Of a stretch of 64,000 bases of DNA, positions 41,101-49,222 are shown piece after piece. Each line of letters starts with the position of its first letter. Within the stretch, counting starts at the first letter, position 1. The notes beneath the pieces were generated by a model. It was not told where the DNA came from, did no database searches, and saw only the letters and a program-made list of their open reading frames with translations. A program made the translations under genes and the position numbers. Source of the DNA: an uncultured cyanobacterium (GTDB lineage Bacteria; Cyanobacteriota; Cyanobacteriia; Cyanobacteriales; CAWUOF01); NCBI GenBank assembly GCA_963744145.1, contig CAVUSO010000001.1, positions 5,472,001 through 5,536,000 of the forward strand, read 5' to 3'.

Positions 41101-43956
41101 GAACTGAAAGGTGATCAGATTTCTGTCAATAGTAACAATTTTAGTCCTCAATGCGATCGCATTGTCACCACTTCAGATAACAAAACTGCCCGAGTCTGGG
41201 ATTTATCGGGGAAATTGCTCGCCGAACTCAAAGGTCATCAGATTTCTGTCAATAGTAACAATTTTAGTTCTCAATGCGATCGCATTGTCACTACTTCAGA
41301 CGACAAAACTGCCCGAGTCTGGGATTTATCGGGGAAATTACTCGCCGAACTTAAAGGTCATCATGGTCGGGTCTATAGTGCCAATTTTAGTCCTCAAGGC
41401 GATCGCATTGTCACTACTTCAGATGACAAAACTGCCCGAGTCTGGGATTTATCGGGAAAATTGCTGGTCCAACTCAAAGGTCATCATGGTCGGGTCTATA
41501 GTGCCAATTTTAGTCCTCAAGGCGATCACATTGTCACTACTACTTCAGATGACAAAACTGCCCAAGTCTGGGATTTATCGGGAAAATTGCTGGCCGAACT
41601 CAAAGGTCATCATGGCCGGGTCAATAGTGCCAATTTTAGTCCTCAAGGCGATCGCATTGTCACTACTTCAGATGACAAAACTGCCCGAGTCTGGGATTTA
41701 TCGGGGAAATTGCTGGCCGAACTCAAAGGTCATCAGAGTTCTTTCAATAGTGCTAATTTTAGTCCTCAAGGCGATCGTATTGTCACTACTTCAGATGACA
41801 AAACTGCCCGAGTTTGGGATTTATCGGGGAAATTGCTCGCTGAACTCAAAGGTCATCAGGATTATATCAATAGTGCCAATTTTAGTCCTCAAGGCGATCG
41901 CATTGTCACTACTTCAGATGACAAAACTGCCCGAGTCTGGGATTTATCGGGGAAATTGCTGGCTGAACTCAAAGGTCATCAGGATTGGGTCAGAAGTGCC
42001 AATTTTAGTCCTCAAAGTGATCGCATTGTCACTACTTCAGATGACAAAACTGCCCGAGTCTGGGATTTATCAGAGAAATTGCTGGCCGAACTCAAAGGTC
42101 ATCAGAGTTCTTTCAATAGTGCTAATTTTAGTCCTCAAGGCGATCGCATTGTCACTACCGCTTTAAATGACACTTTAAATGACAAAACTGCCCGAGTCTG
42201 GGATTTATCGGGGAAATTGCTGGCTGAACTCAAAGGTCATCAGGATTGGGTCAGAAGTGCCAATTTTAGTCCTCAAGGTGATCGCATTGTCACTACTGCG
42301 TTCAATGACAAAACTGCCCGAGTTTGGGATTTATCGGGGAAATTGCTGGCTGAACTCAAAGGTCATCAGGATTGGGTCAGTAGTGCCAATTTTAGTCCTC
42401 AAGGTGATCGCATTGTCACTACTGCGTTCAATGACAAAACTGCCCGAGTTTGGGATTTATCGGGGAAATTGCTCGCCGAACTCAAAAGTCCTCAGAATGG
42501 GGTCAGTAGTGCCAATTTTAGTCCTCAAGGTGATCGCATTGTCACTACCGCTTTAAATGACAAAATTGCCCGAGTCTGGGATTTATCGGGGAAATTACTC
42601 GCCGAACTCAAAGGTCATCAAAATTCGGTTTTAAGTGCCAATTTTAGTCCTCAAGGTAATCGCATTGTCACTACCGCTTTAAATGACAAAACTGCCCGAG
42701 TCTGGGATTTATCAGGGAAATTGCTCGCTGAACTCAAAGGCCCTCAGTATGGTCCTCAGCATTCGGTCATTAAAGCCAATTTTAGTCCTCAAGGTGATCA
42801 CATTGTCACCATTTCTTTTGACAAAACTGCCCGAGTCTGGGATTTATCGGGGAAATTGCTCGCTGAACTTAAAGGTCATCACGATTATGTTAATAGTGCC
42901 AATTTTAGTCCTCAAGGCGATCGTATTTTCACCACTTTACATGACACTGCCCAAGTCTGGGATTTATCAGGTAGACAATTAGCAGAATTCAAACAAGATT
43001 ACGATCATAGCAAATTCGGTGACGGTAAAGCCAACTTTAGTCCAGATGGCAATCTGATCATCTTCCTACTTGGAAACACAGCAAAAATTTGGCAAATAAA
43101 AAGTGTTGGTAACTTAGATTTACTATTAGAACGGGGTTGCAAATGGTTAAATTATTATCTGATCAATCATCCCAAAGAATTAGAGAAATTAGAAATATGT
43201 CAAAACGACTCTAACAAATTTGAGGCCGCACCATTTATGTTTGAGGAAGGAGAAATTGAAGCTAGAAGTGGTAATATTGATAATGCAGTTTCTAATTTCA
43301 GCATAGCGTTAAAGTGGAATCCCAAATTAAATTTTGATCCCAATATAAAAGCACAGCAATTAGCAAAAGCTAATAATCTAGTTAAGCAAGGAGAAGAGTT
43401 AGCACAAACTGGTGATATCAAAAATATTAACCCTGCAATTAGTCTTTTTCAACAAGCCGTAAAACTTGACCCCAATTTAGATTTTCAGCCAGAGCAAAAA
43501 GCTAAGGAAATAGTAGCTGGTAATCTAGTTTATAAAGGGGAAGAGTTAGCACAAACTGGTAACATAAAAGACGCAGTTACTATTTTTAAACAAGCATTAA
43601 AACTGGACCCTAGTTTAGATTTTCAACCAGAGCAAAAAGCTAAGGAAATGGTAGCGGGCAATCTAGTTTATAAAGCGGCAGAATTAGCAAAAACTGGTAA
43701 TATAAAAGACGCAGTTACTATTTTTAAACAAGCATTAAAACTGGACCCTAGTTTAGATTTTCAACCAGAGCAAAAAGCTAATGAGGTACTAGCTAATGAT
43801 CTAGTTAATAAAGGGGAGAAATTAGCAAAAACTGGTAATATAAAAGACGCAGTTACTATTTTTAAACAAGCAATAAAACTTGACCCTAATTTAGATTTTC
43901 AGCCAGAGCAAAAAGCTAAGGAAATAGCAGAGTCTGTTAAGAATAGCGAAATGTAA
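38101..43956 (+). CDS. 1,951-aa protein: N-terminal domain, TPR-like region, STAND (nSTAND1-like) NTPase, TM helix, about 16 WD40 repeats, TPR-like repeats
   Basis: HGQSGVGKSS, LIFDQFEE, SLREDY and YQLVHDYL; TM IGSAFLGISLLVAVGTGIYA; GH...WD repeats. Confidence 0.9.
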   Translation: MTEDISSENQNVLEDISWTITVSQGEFRLLLIRCNYLSLRDELSQQLQQVCPLEIQVLNLKASEQTLYNRIQLELGTTQPNALMVFGLEMVDNLEHLLSAANQVREEFQKNFHFPLLLWVNDEVFIQLVRVAPDFESWANTTELLISQEQLGNLLKDRATEWFNDRLIITQSESLELQAELTSAYRDLQRYNEVLDQELVANLESLLGSVKFINNKIDEALAHYQKAADIWREINQLDRLGIVLREMTLCYYQKALPDRDIEDAHWQLTKNYLLQSIEILQAANRLDLIANCLLNFGIILRRLKDWQLLESLARQSLQLHQDKTKSLQLAQDYGFLAEVALARQDWLEAKKLAENTITLLNSITDENSSDLIRSYLVSQCYFILAQVQQNLGETAIAIAKLEKAKKISSPEYDTQFYLEIINYLQKLYFEQHQYQLAFEIKLERQSIEQQYGLRAFIGAGRLQAQKQAKLTITQDKSVENVASEIVASGRDLDVNKLIQRIGEPSYKLIVIHGQSGVGKSSLVNGGLIPALKRKSIGIQDVLSIAMRVYTDWIRELGRLLGEALLARKIVDEKILSLTSRDISEEDILTIIIEQLQKSESYNLRPVLIFDQFEEFFFVYSNPVDRIAFSQFLGNCLKIGYVKVILSLREDYLHYLLEWENQDSMNSIGNDILCKNIRYHLGNFSPDAATTIIRNLTERANFKLDEVLIKELVKDLAGELGEVRPIELQIVGAQLQTENITTLAQYQNCGENATEELVKRYLAEVVNDCGKENEQIAELVLFLLTDEKINRPLKTRTELDRDVQALATNLSLDINGLDLVLNIFVGSGLVLLLPEKPEDRYQLVHDYLAAFIRQQKPKLNEIIAELEKEKEKNRIAQEKLQQSEETKKILETANKTAKQRIKIGSAFLGISLLVAVGTGIYATQNLRETKEIGRLELEGVSILRQFESGQSDSDQMETLVSAMRAGQDLKSLVKNRPLKEYPIVSPLLALETILDNIREKSELKGDQISVNSNNFSPQCDRIVTTSDNKTARVWDLSGKLLAELKGHQISVNSNNFSSQCDRIVTTSDDKTARVWDLSGKLLAELKGHHGRVYSANFSPQGDRIVTTSDDKTARVWDLSGKLLVQLKGHHGRVYSANFSPQGDHIVTTTSDDKTAQVWDLSGKLLAELKGHHGRVNSANFSPQGDRIVTTSDDKTARVWDLSGKLLAELKGHQSSFNSANFSPQGDRIVTTSDDKTARVWDLSGKLLAELKGHQDYINSANFSPQGDRIVTTSDDKTARVWDLSGKLLAELKGHQDWVRSANFSPQSDRIVTTSDDKTARVWDLSEKLLAELKGHQSSFNSANFSPQGDRIVTTALNDTLNDKTARVWDLSGKLLAELKGHQDWVRSANFSPQGDRIVTTAFNDKTARVWDLSGKLLAELKGHQDWVSSANFSPQGDRIVTTAFNDKTARVWDLSGKLLAELKSPQNGVSSANFSPQGDRIVTTALNDKIARVWDLSGKLLAELKGHQNSVLSANFSPQGNRIVTTALNDKTARVWDLSGKLLAELKGPQYGPQHSVIKANFSPQGDHIVTISFDKTARVWDLSGKLLAELKGHHDYVNSANFSPQGDRIFTTLHDTAQVWDLSGRQLAEFKQDYDHSKFGDGKANFSPDGNLIIFLLGNTAKIWQIKSVGNLDLLLERGCKWLNYYLINHPKELEKLEICQNDSNKFEAAPFMFEEGEIEARSGNIDNAVSNFSIALKWNPKLNFDPNIKAQQLAKANNLVKQGEELAQTGDIKNINPAISLFQQAVKLDPNLDFQPEQKAKEIVAGNLVYKGEELAQTGNIKDAVTIFKQALKLDPSLDFQPEQKAKEMVAGNLVYKAAELAKTGNIKDAVTIFKQALKLDPSLDFQPEQKANEVLANDLVNKGEKLAKTGNIKDAVTIFKQAIKLDPNLDFQPEQKAKEIAESVKNSEM
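41100..42990 (+). repeat. 15 near-identical ~123-bp WD40-coding tandem repeats
   Basis: Recurrent aaaactgcccgagtctgggatttatcggggaaattgct...ctcaaaggtcat unit. Confidence 0.95.
43370..43930 (+). repeat. Four ~138-bp TPR-like coding repeats
   Basis: LVxK.E.LA.TG.IK...F.QA.KLDP.LDFQPEQKA occurs four times. Confidence 0.9.
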
Positions 43957-44020
43957 CTTTTATTTAAGAAAATTTCAGGAACAGGTTAATTCCTGCGATC
44001 GCACTAAGTTAAATAATTGC

Positions 44021-45604
44021 TAAGTAGTCGGACAAAAGTAATAGGTACTGTATTAACTTTTGTAAAACGTATGGGTCAAGCAATAAGCTGGACAAAGTCA
44101 TCGAAAAATTAGTCCAATCTGGGGAAGATTGGCCAAAGAAGTGGCTGGACAATGGGAGCAAAAAATTAGACTTATTTTGGTAATTAAGGGGATAAGTGAG
44201 GTCGATTTTAGCTTCAAAAAAAACACCCTGATTGTGAAATAATTATAGAGCTAACTTAAAAGTTTGAAGAAAATGTCATCTCCTCCTTTGAGAATATTTT
44301 TAACATCTGCGGAAAATCAAACCTTATGGGAATTAAATAGAGCCGAGGGAGTTCCACTAAGAACAAGAGATCGGGCTGCGACCTTGAGATTATCATCAAT
44401 GGGATGGAAAGTGGAACAGATCGGCAAGTATCTGAACTGGTCAATTAAGACAGTGAGAGCCACAATACATCGTTGGGAAAAACAGGGATTAGCAGGATTA
44501 TGGGATGCGCCTCGTCCGGGCAGGAAAAGAAAATGGAGTCAGGCAGATTTGGCAGAAATTGAAAAAAAACTAGAGACAGAGGAACGAGCTTATAATAGTC
44601 GTCAGTTAGTGAAATATCTAGCCCAGGAAAGGCAAGTAAAACTGAGCCAAAGACAGTTGCGTCGAATCCTCAAAAAAAACTATCGGTGGAAAAGAACGAG
44701 AACATCTCTAAAAGGAAAGCAAGACCAGGAAAAAAGAGCAACTAAAAGAAATGATTTAGAGATGTTGGAATTCGCGGCAGCCGCGGGTGAAATATGTTTA
44801 AAATATTTGGATGAATCAGGATTTAGCCTGTGGGCTGAACCTGTATATACCTGGGGGAAAATCGGCCAACAGAAACAGATCAAACAGCCTAAAAAGAAAG
44901 GGAAAAGATTAAATATATGTGGATTTTTGGCCGTGGGAGAAAGCTTTGAATATGGATTAAGTTTTAAGAGTTTTGACAGTAAGAATTATATCAAATTAAT
45001 GGATTGGCAAGCCGCGCAAGCGGAAACTAGATTGAAAGAAACGGGCAAAATAACTGTAATTGTCCAAGACCAATATTCCGTTCACGTAAGTAAATTGACG
45101 AAGAGCAACTATGATCAATGGGAAAAACAAGGATTATATATATTCCTATTATCCAGTTACTCTCCCGAATTAAATCTGATTGAAACGGAGTGGGAAAGAA
45201 TCAAAGAAGATGAATTAGCTGGTCAAATGTTTGAGAATGAATATGAATTAACCATCGCGGTAAGAGCAGCAATCGAAGCTCGTCAAACTAGTAAGGGCTT
45301 AGAAGTAAAAAGATTTAGATTTGGTGGTCAGCCTAGCCAGGATGAACAAAAATCCTAATCGGGTTTATTCTAGTTCTAGTCAACCGGAAAAATTCCATTA
45401 ATTGTTTAATGAGAGGCTGAGGCAAAACTGACCATATTTATAGTTAATAGAAAATCTGGAAATGCAGTTTTCTTACTCTCTAGTGAAACCTATTCAGTTG
45501 GACGGAGGGAATACTTTTATATGCTTTTCTCTGGTAAATTTGTGGGTCAAATTTACTCTTAAATAAAGTTAACATAGTTAACTTTATTTATGTCCGACTA
45601 CTTA
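44021..45604 (+). mobile_element. IS630-family insertion sequence, copy 2
   Basis: Same ends and length as 35131-36714; offset 8,890 bp. Confidence 0.95.
44273..45358 (+). CDS. IS630 family transposase
   Basis: Matches copy 1 except DRAATL versus DWAADL. Confidence 0.95.
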   Translation: MSSPPLRIFLTSAENQTLWELNRAEGVPLRTRDRAATLRLSSMGWKVEQIGKYLNWSIKTVRATIHRWEKQGLAGLWDAPRPGRKRKWSQADLAEIEKKLETEERAYNSRQLVKYLAQERQVKLSQRQLRRILKKNYRWKRTRTSLKGKQDQEKRATKRNDLEMLEFAAAAGEICLKYLDESGFSLWAEPVYTWGKIGQQKQIKQPKKKGKRLNICGFLAVGESFEYGLSFKSFDSKNYIKLMDWQAAQAETRLKETGKITVIVQDQYSVHVSKLTKSNYDQWEKQGLYIFLLSSYSPELNLIETEWERIKEDELAGQMFENEYELTIAVRAAIEARQTSKGLEVKRFRFGGQPSQDEQKS

Positions 45605-45637
45605 AACTTAGTTTAGTAATAATACAACCAGGTAATT

Positions 45638-45973
45638 ATGTCTGAACCAGATTTAATCAATAAACATTCTCTTCATGAAGCGATCGCCGATATATGGTGT
45701 GAGATTCAACAAACACCAGCAGAACACTGGCCCAATTTACTTCAGATGATACGGTTATTTCGTGAAAGCGTGACCAAGACACCTGCACCATCAGATGCTT
45801 GGAAAAAAGCTATGGATGAAATTAACAATCCTGATCCAATAGTAGAAGCAGTGCGACAGAAAGCTTTAGGCAAATTATCCAGAAAATGGGAAGAAGAAGG
45901 AGATGAGGAGGAGCAGACTGAAACTGCTAAAATTCTCTCTAAAGCATTAGATGAAAATCCCATATCTATCTAA
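45638..45973 (+). CDS. Putative antitoxin-like protein, copy 1 (no adjacent toxin)
   Basis: Highly similar to 46810-47160, which is coupled to a PIN gene; acidic C-terminal part. Confidence 0.65.
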   Translation: MSEPDLINKHSLHEAIADIWCEIQQTPAEHWPNLLQMIRLFRESVTKTPAPSDAWKKAMDEINNPDPIVEAVRQKALGKLSRKWEEEGDEEEQTETAKILSKALDENPISI

Positions 45974-46047
45974 AATATTCGATGAGAACAATTATAATAT
46001 AATATTATAGTAAGGATTTTTACTGGTGCTCATTCACTTTCACTATT

Positions 46048-46461
46048 ATGCCTGCTAAGGATATTTACCATGATGCGGTTAAGAATGCTTTAAGTAAGGA
46101 TGGTTGGACAATTACTGCCGATCCTTATTTTATCATATACAAAAAATTAAAACTCATTGCCGATCTTGGTGCTGAACGTCCATTTTTAGCAGAGAAACAG
46201 ATGGAGAAAATTGTTGTTGAGGTTAAGAGTTTTCTTAATCCATCTTTTATTTATGATCTTGAACAAGCTCTCGGTCAGTATATTCTCTATCGTAATTTTC
46301 TCAAAAGAACTGCACCAGAGAGACAACTCTATTTAGCAATGAGTCAGAGGATTCATAACATTTATTTTGATGAAACAATCCAAATTGTTGTTGAGGAAAA
46401 TCAGCTTAAATTAATTATTGTAGATCCAGATAAGGAGGTCATCACAAAATGGATAAATTAA
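46048..46461 (+). CDS. xisH: XisH family protein
   Basis: [35 protein letters not shown] and ALGQY..Y. Confidence 0.93.
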   Translation: MPAKDIYHDAVKNALSKDGWTITADPYFIIYKKLKLIADLGAERPFLAEKQMEKIVVEVKSFLNPSFIYDLEQALGQYILYRNFLKRTAPERQLYLAMSQRIHNIYFDETIQIVVEENQLKLIIVDPDKEVITKWIN

Positions 46462-46790
46462 ACCATTATCGTTCATTGATTCAGAAAATTCTCACCGAGT
46501 ATGATCAACTTTGTTCCCAAGTTGCGATTCCTGATGTAGAAATGCTTTTGGCTTTTGATGAACAAAGAGATCAATATTTATGGTTTCAAGTTGGATGGAC
46601 TCCAACCGAAAGAATTAAAGGAATTTCAGTTCACATTCGGATTAAAAATGAGAAGATTTACATTGAGGAAGATTGGACAGAAGAAGGGATGGCAAATGAG
46701 TTATTAAGATTAGGTATTCCTCCCGAAGATATAGTGTTAGCATTTCAGCCTCCCGAGGTGAGAAAGTTTACTGAGTTCGCTATAAAATAA
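46449..46790 (+). CDS. xisI: XisI family protein
   Basis: [22 protein letters not shown]...[12 protein letters not shown]. Confidence 0.93.
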   Translation: MDKLNHYRSLIQKILTEYDQLCSQVAIPDVEMLLAFDEQRDQYLWFQVGWTPTERIKGISVHIRIKNEKIYIEEDWTEEGMANELLRLGIPPEDIVLAFQPPEVRKFTEFAIK

Positions 46791-46809
46791 CCCAAAATAG
46801 GTAATAATT

Positions 46810-47160
46810 ATGTCTGAATCTGATTTAATAAATAAACATTCTCTCAACGAAGCGATCGCAGAATTCCTGCGTGAGATTCAACAAACACCAGAAGAATATT
46901 GGCCCAATTTATTGCAGATGATACGGCTATTTCGTGCCAGTGTGACCAAAGCCCCTGCACCATCAGATGCTTGGAAAAAAGCTATGGATGAAATTAACAA
47001 TCCCGATCCAATAGTAGAAGCAGCGCGACAGAAAGCTTTAGGCGAATTATTCAGAAAATGGACAGAGGAGGGAGATGAAGAGGAGCAAAAAGAAACTGGG
47101 GATTATCTCCGTCGGGTACTTGATGAAGACCGTCTTTCTAATCGACCTTTGTTTTCATGA
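46810..47160 (+). CDS. Putative antitoxin, copy 2
   Basis: Stop overlaps the PIN gene ATG (ATGA); ends in LDEDRLSNRPLFS. Confidence 0.7.
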   Translation: MSESDLINKHSLNEAIAEFLREIQQTPEEYWPNLLQMIRLFRASVTKAPAPSDAWKKAMDEINNPDPIVEAARQKALGELFRKWTEEGDEEEQKETGDYLRRVLDEDRLSNRPLFS

Positions 47161-47609
47161 GCAGATTTGTATTTCTAGATTCTGGCCCACTGGGAATGGC
47201 GACAAACCCAAGAAACTCACCTATGTATTTAGAATGCCAACTTTGGCTATATTCCTTACCCCAGGGAGGCTATACAGCAGTTCTACCTGAAATCGCAGAC
47301 TATGAGGTGCGGCGTGAATTACTCCGAGCTAGTAAGGTAGCAGGTATTATACGTCTTGACCAACTCAAGTCTGCGATTAGATATATTCCTATTACAACAG
47401 AAACGATGCTCAAAGCTGCTGAGTTATGGGCTATGGCGCGACGTTCGGGAAGACCAACAGCCGACCCTCATGCACTTGATGGGGATATAATTTTAGCAGC
47501 GCAAGCAATATTGTTAGCAAATGAAGGAAATGAGGTGATAGTTGCTACAACAAATGTAGGGCATTTGTCACAGTTTGTTGATGCGCGTGAATGGTGGTTG
47601 ATTCAGTAA
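47157..47609 (+). CDS. PIN-domain (VapC-like) ribonuclease toxin
   Basis: FLDSGPLG, PEIADYEVRREL, LDGDIILAAQA and ATTNVGHL. Confidence 0.88.
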   Translation: MSRFVFLDSGPLGMATNPRNSPMYLECQLWLYSLPQGGYTAVLPEIADYEVRRELLRASKVAGIIRLDQLKSAIRYIPITTETMLKAAELWAMARRSGRPTADPHALDGDIILAAQAILLANEGNEVIVATTNVGHLSQFVDAREWWLIQ

Positions 47610-47641
47610 GGAAACTATTTTAGTAAGGTGGGTTTTATCCA

Positions 47642-47812
47642 ATGTCTGAACCAGATTTAACCAATAAACATCCTCTTCATGACGCGATCGCAGAGATATC
47701 GTGTGAGATTCAACAAATACCAGCTGAACACTGGCCTAATTTACTTCAGATTATACGGCTATTTCGTGAAAGTATGACCAAAGCATCTGGATCATCAGAT
47801 CCTTGGAAATGA
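47642..47812 (+). pseudogene. Truncated third copy of the antitoxin-like gene (56 aa)
   Basis: MSEPDLTNKHPLHDAIAEISCEIQQIPAEHWPNLLQIIRLFRESMTKASGSSDPWK*; homology stops at a solo MITE TIR. Confidence 0.8.
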
Positions 47813-47861
47813 ACTGAACCGTATTGATATATAGCTGATCTGTTGGTTGCATAAATGGTGA

Positions 47862-47932
47862 GGGCAAAGCATTTCGGTCATATTCTCCTTCGTTTGGGCG
47901 ATAATTTCTTCGCCGAAATGCTTTGCCCCTAC
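47862..47932. repeat. REP-like hairpin
   Basis: GGGCAAAGCATTTCGG/CCGAAATGCTTTGCCC followed by CTAC. Confidence 0.75.
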
Positions 47933-48003
47933 AGGAATGAAAATTAAATAACTTGATGATTCATGTATAGTTGCGATCCGATCGCTCTGATCGCAACTAT
48001 ATA

Positions 48004-48169
48004 CCCTTCGACTTCGCCCCCTTCGACTACGCCCCCTTCGACTACGCTCAGGGCAAGCTTCGACTACGCTCAGGGCAAGCTTCGACTACGCTCAGGGTAA
48101 ACTCAGGGTAAACTTCGACTTCGCCCTTCGACTACGCTCAGGGTAAACTCAGGGAACACTCAGGGCAAG
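48004..48169 (+). repeat. Nested/tandem array of a ~22-nt unit CTTCGACTACGCTCAGGG(C/T)AA(G/A)
   Basis: Four full units, three left halves and three right halves. Confidence 0.9.
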
Positions 48170-48200
48170 CCTAATTGAATTATTTAATTTATATTCCTAA

Positions 48201-48851
48201 TCAAGAAATGGGATTTTTATTGATCTTTACCCAAGCTCGAAAAGCTTTCATTGTTTTATTTCTCCCCTCAATTTTGCTGCGTTCTAAATACTCAGAAATC
48301 ATATTGATTAGGGGAAATCCTGGAAAATGAGGACTTTCATGCTGTTGAACATATTGTTCCGATTTTAATACATTAATTTCTAATTTATTTCCATCAAAAC
48401 GCCATAATTCTCTCACACCTAAAGCTTCATAATTATTAAATCTTGTCCGAGAAGTTAGATCAATTTCAATCGCTAAATCTGGTGGTGGATCTATGGTTAA
48501 ATCAAGGCGCGATTTCCCTCGAACTGTTGCTTCGTTTTCGATATAAAAACAATCATCAGCTTCTATTCCCTGATTCATGAGTTCGCTTTTAAAAGTAGTC
48601 GATCCCAAACTCCTAAATTCAATATCTAGTTCTTCCAGCATAACTTTGATAAAATCGCCAATCATGATTTTATCATCTTCTTGTTCTGGTAGAGGCACCA
48701 TGATTTCTAAGACTCCCTGACTGTAATTAATTCGACTTCCTCGTTTTTCACTAAATTCTTTTAGTAGCTGTTCATACATTTTCCAGCTAACGTTATTGAG
48801 CAGGAGTTGCTGACCAGGAGAGATCATTATTTGTTTAAGTTGTACTTGCAT
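48201..48851 (-). CDS. Uma2 family putative endonuclease
   Basis: VSW..YE.LL, GSTTF, PPDLAIEID and Y..LGV.ELW. Confidence 0.9.
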   Translation of the reverse strand: MQVQLKQIMISPGQQLLLNNVSWKMYEQLLKEFSEKRGSRINYSQGVLEIMVPLPEQEDDKIMIGDFIKVMLEELDIEFRSLGSTTFKSELMNQGIEADDCFYIENEATVRGKSRLDLTIDPPPDLAIEIDLTSRTRFNNYEALGVRELWRFDGNKLEINVLKSEQYVQQHESPHFPGFPLINMISEYLERSKIEGRNKTMKAFRAWVKINKNPIS

Positions 48852-49049
48852 AATAGTTATCCGTCTATCCTACTAATCCTTGGGGCGTTGATCACTATTG
48901 TCTATTTAATGTAACATATCATTAATAAAAACTGGCCCAAGTGTGACTCGATCGCCGATCTGATCTAAATTTGTCCTCAGTCTGATCTAATTACCCGATC
49001 GGCTTTAAAACTGCGATCGCGCTTGTTTACAAAACTTAATCTAAAAGCT

Positions 49050-49068
49050 ATTGACAAGTATTATCAAT
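49050..49068 (+). promoter_or_regulatory. Fur box overlapping a TTGACA -35 element upstream of FTR1
   Basis: ATTGACAAGTATTATCAAT differs at 2 positions from the palindrome ATTGATAATNATTATCAAT; lies upstream of an iron permease. Confidence 0.75.
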
Positions 49069-49222
49069 AAATTGCAAAATACATTTTTAGTAAAAGCATT
49101 TGGAATCAGCGTAGAACAGCAAAAAAAGCTAAACCTCATCCAGGGGTTAGCTTTTTCATGAGAAAACTCAGGCTCAAATTTTCTGATCATCGTGAATTCC
49201 AAGCAATCAAAGGAACCAAAAT

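Noticed and set aside
41111..42982. Long alternative-frame ORFs (351, 125 and 99 aa) inside the WD40 gene
   Set aside because: Shadow ORFs produced by repetition of a stop-free unit
41100..42990. CRISPR array or DGR variable region
   Set aside because: The repeats are in-frame ~123-bp WD40 codons with no unique spacers and no cas genes. Variation is not adenine-restricted, and there is no reverse transcriptase or template repeat in the window.
35131..45604. Proof that the segment arrived as one composite transposon
   Set aside because: TA duplications are uninformative, and each copy's own flanks rejoin into a hairpin, which favours independent insertions. Kept only as potential for future mobility.
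45993..46009. TATAATAT-A-ATATTATA palindrome upstream of xisH as an operator
   Set aside because: Pure A/T and low complexity; cannot be distinguished from chance or a -10 region
46048..46790. fdxN excision element
   Set aside because: No XisF serine recombinase, fdxN or nif genes; stand-alone xisHI pairs are common
48004..48169. Mini CRISPR array
   Set aside because: The units abut or nest with no spacers
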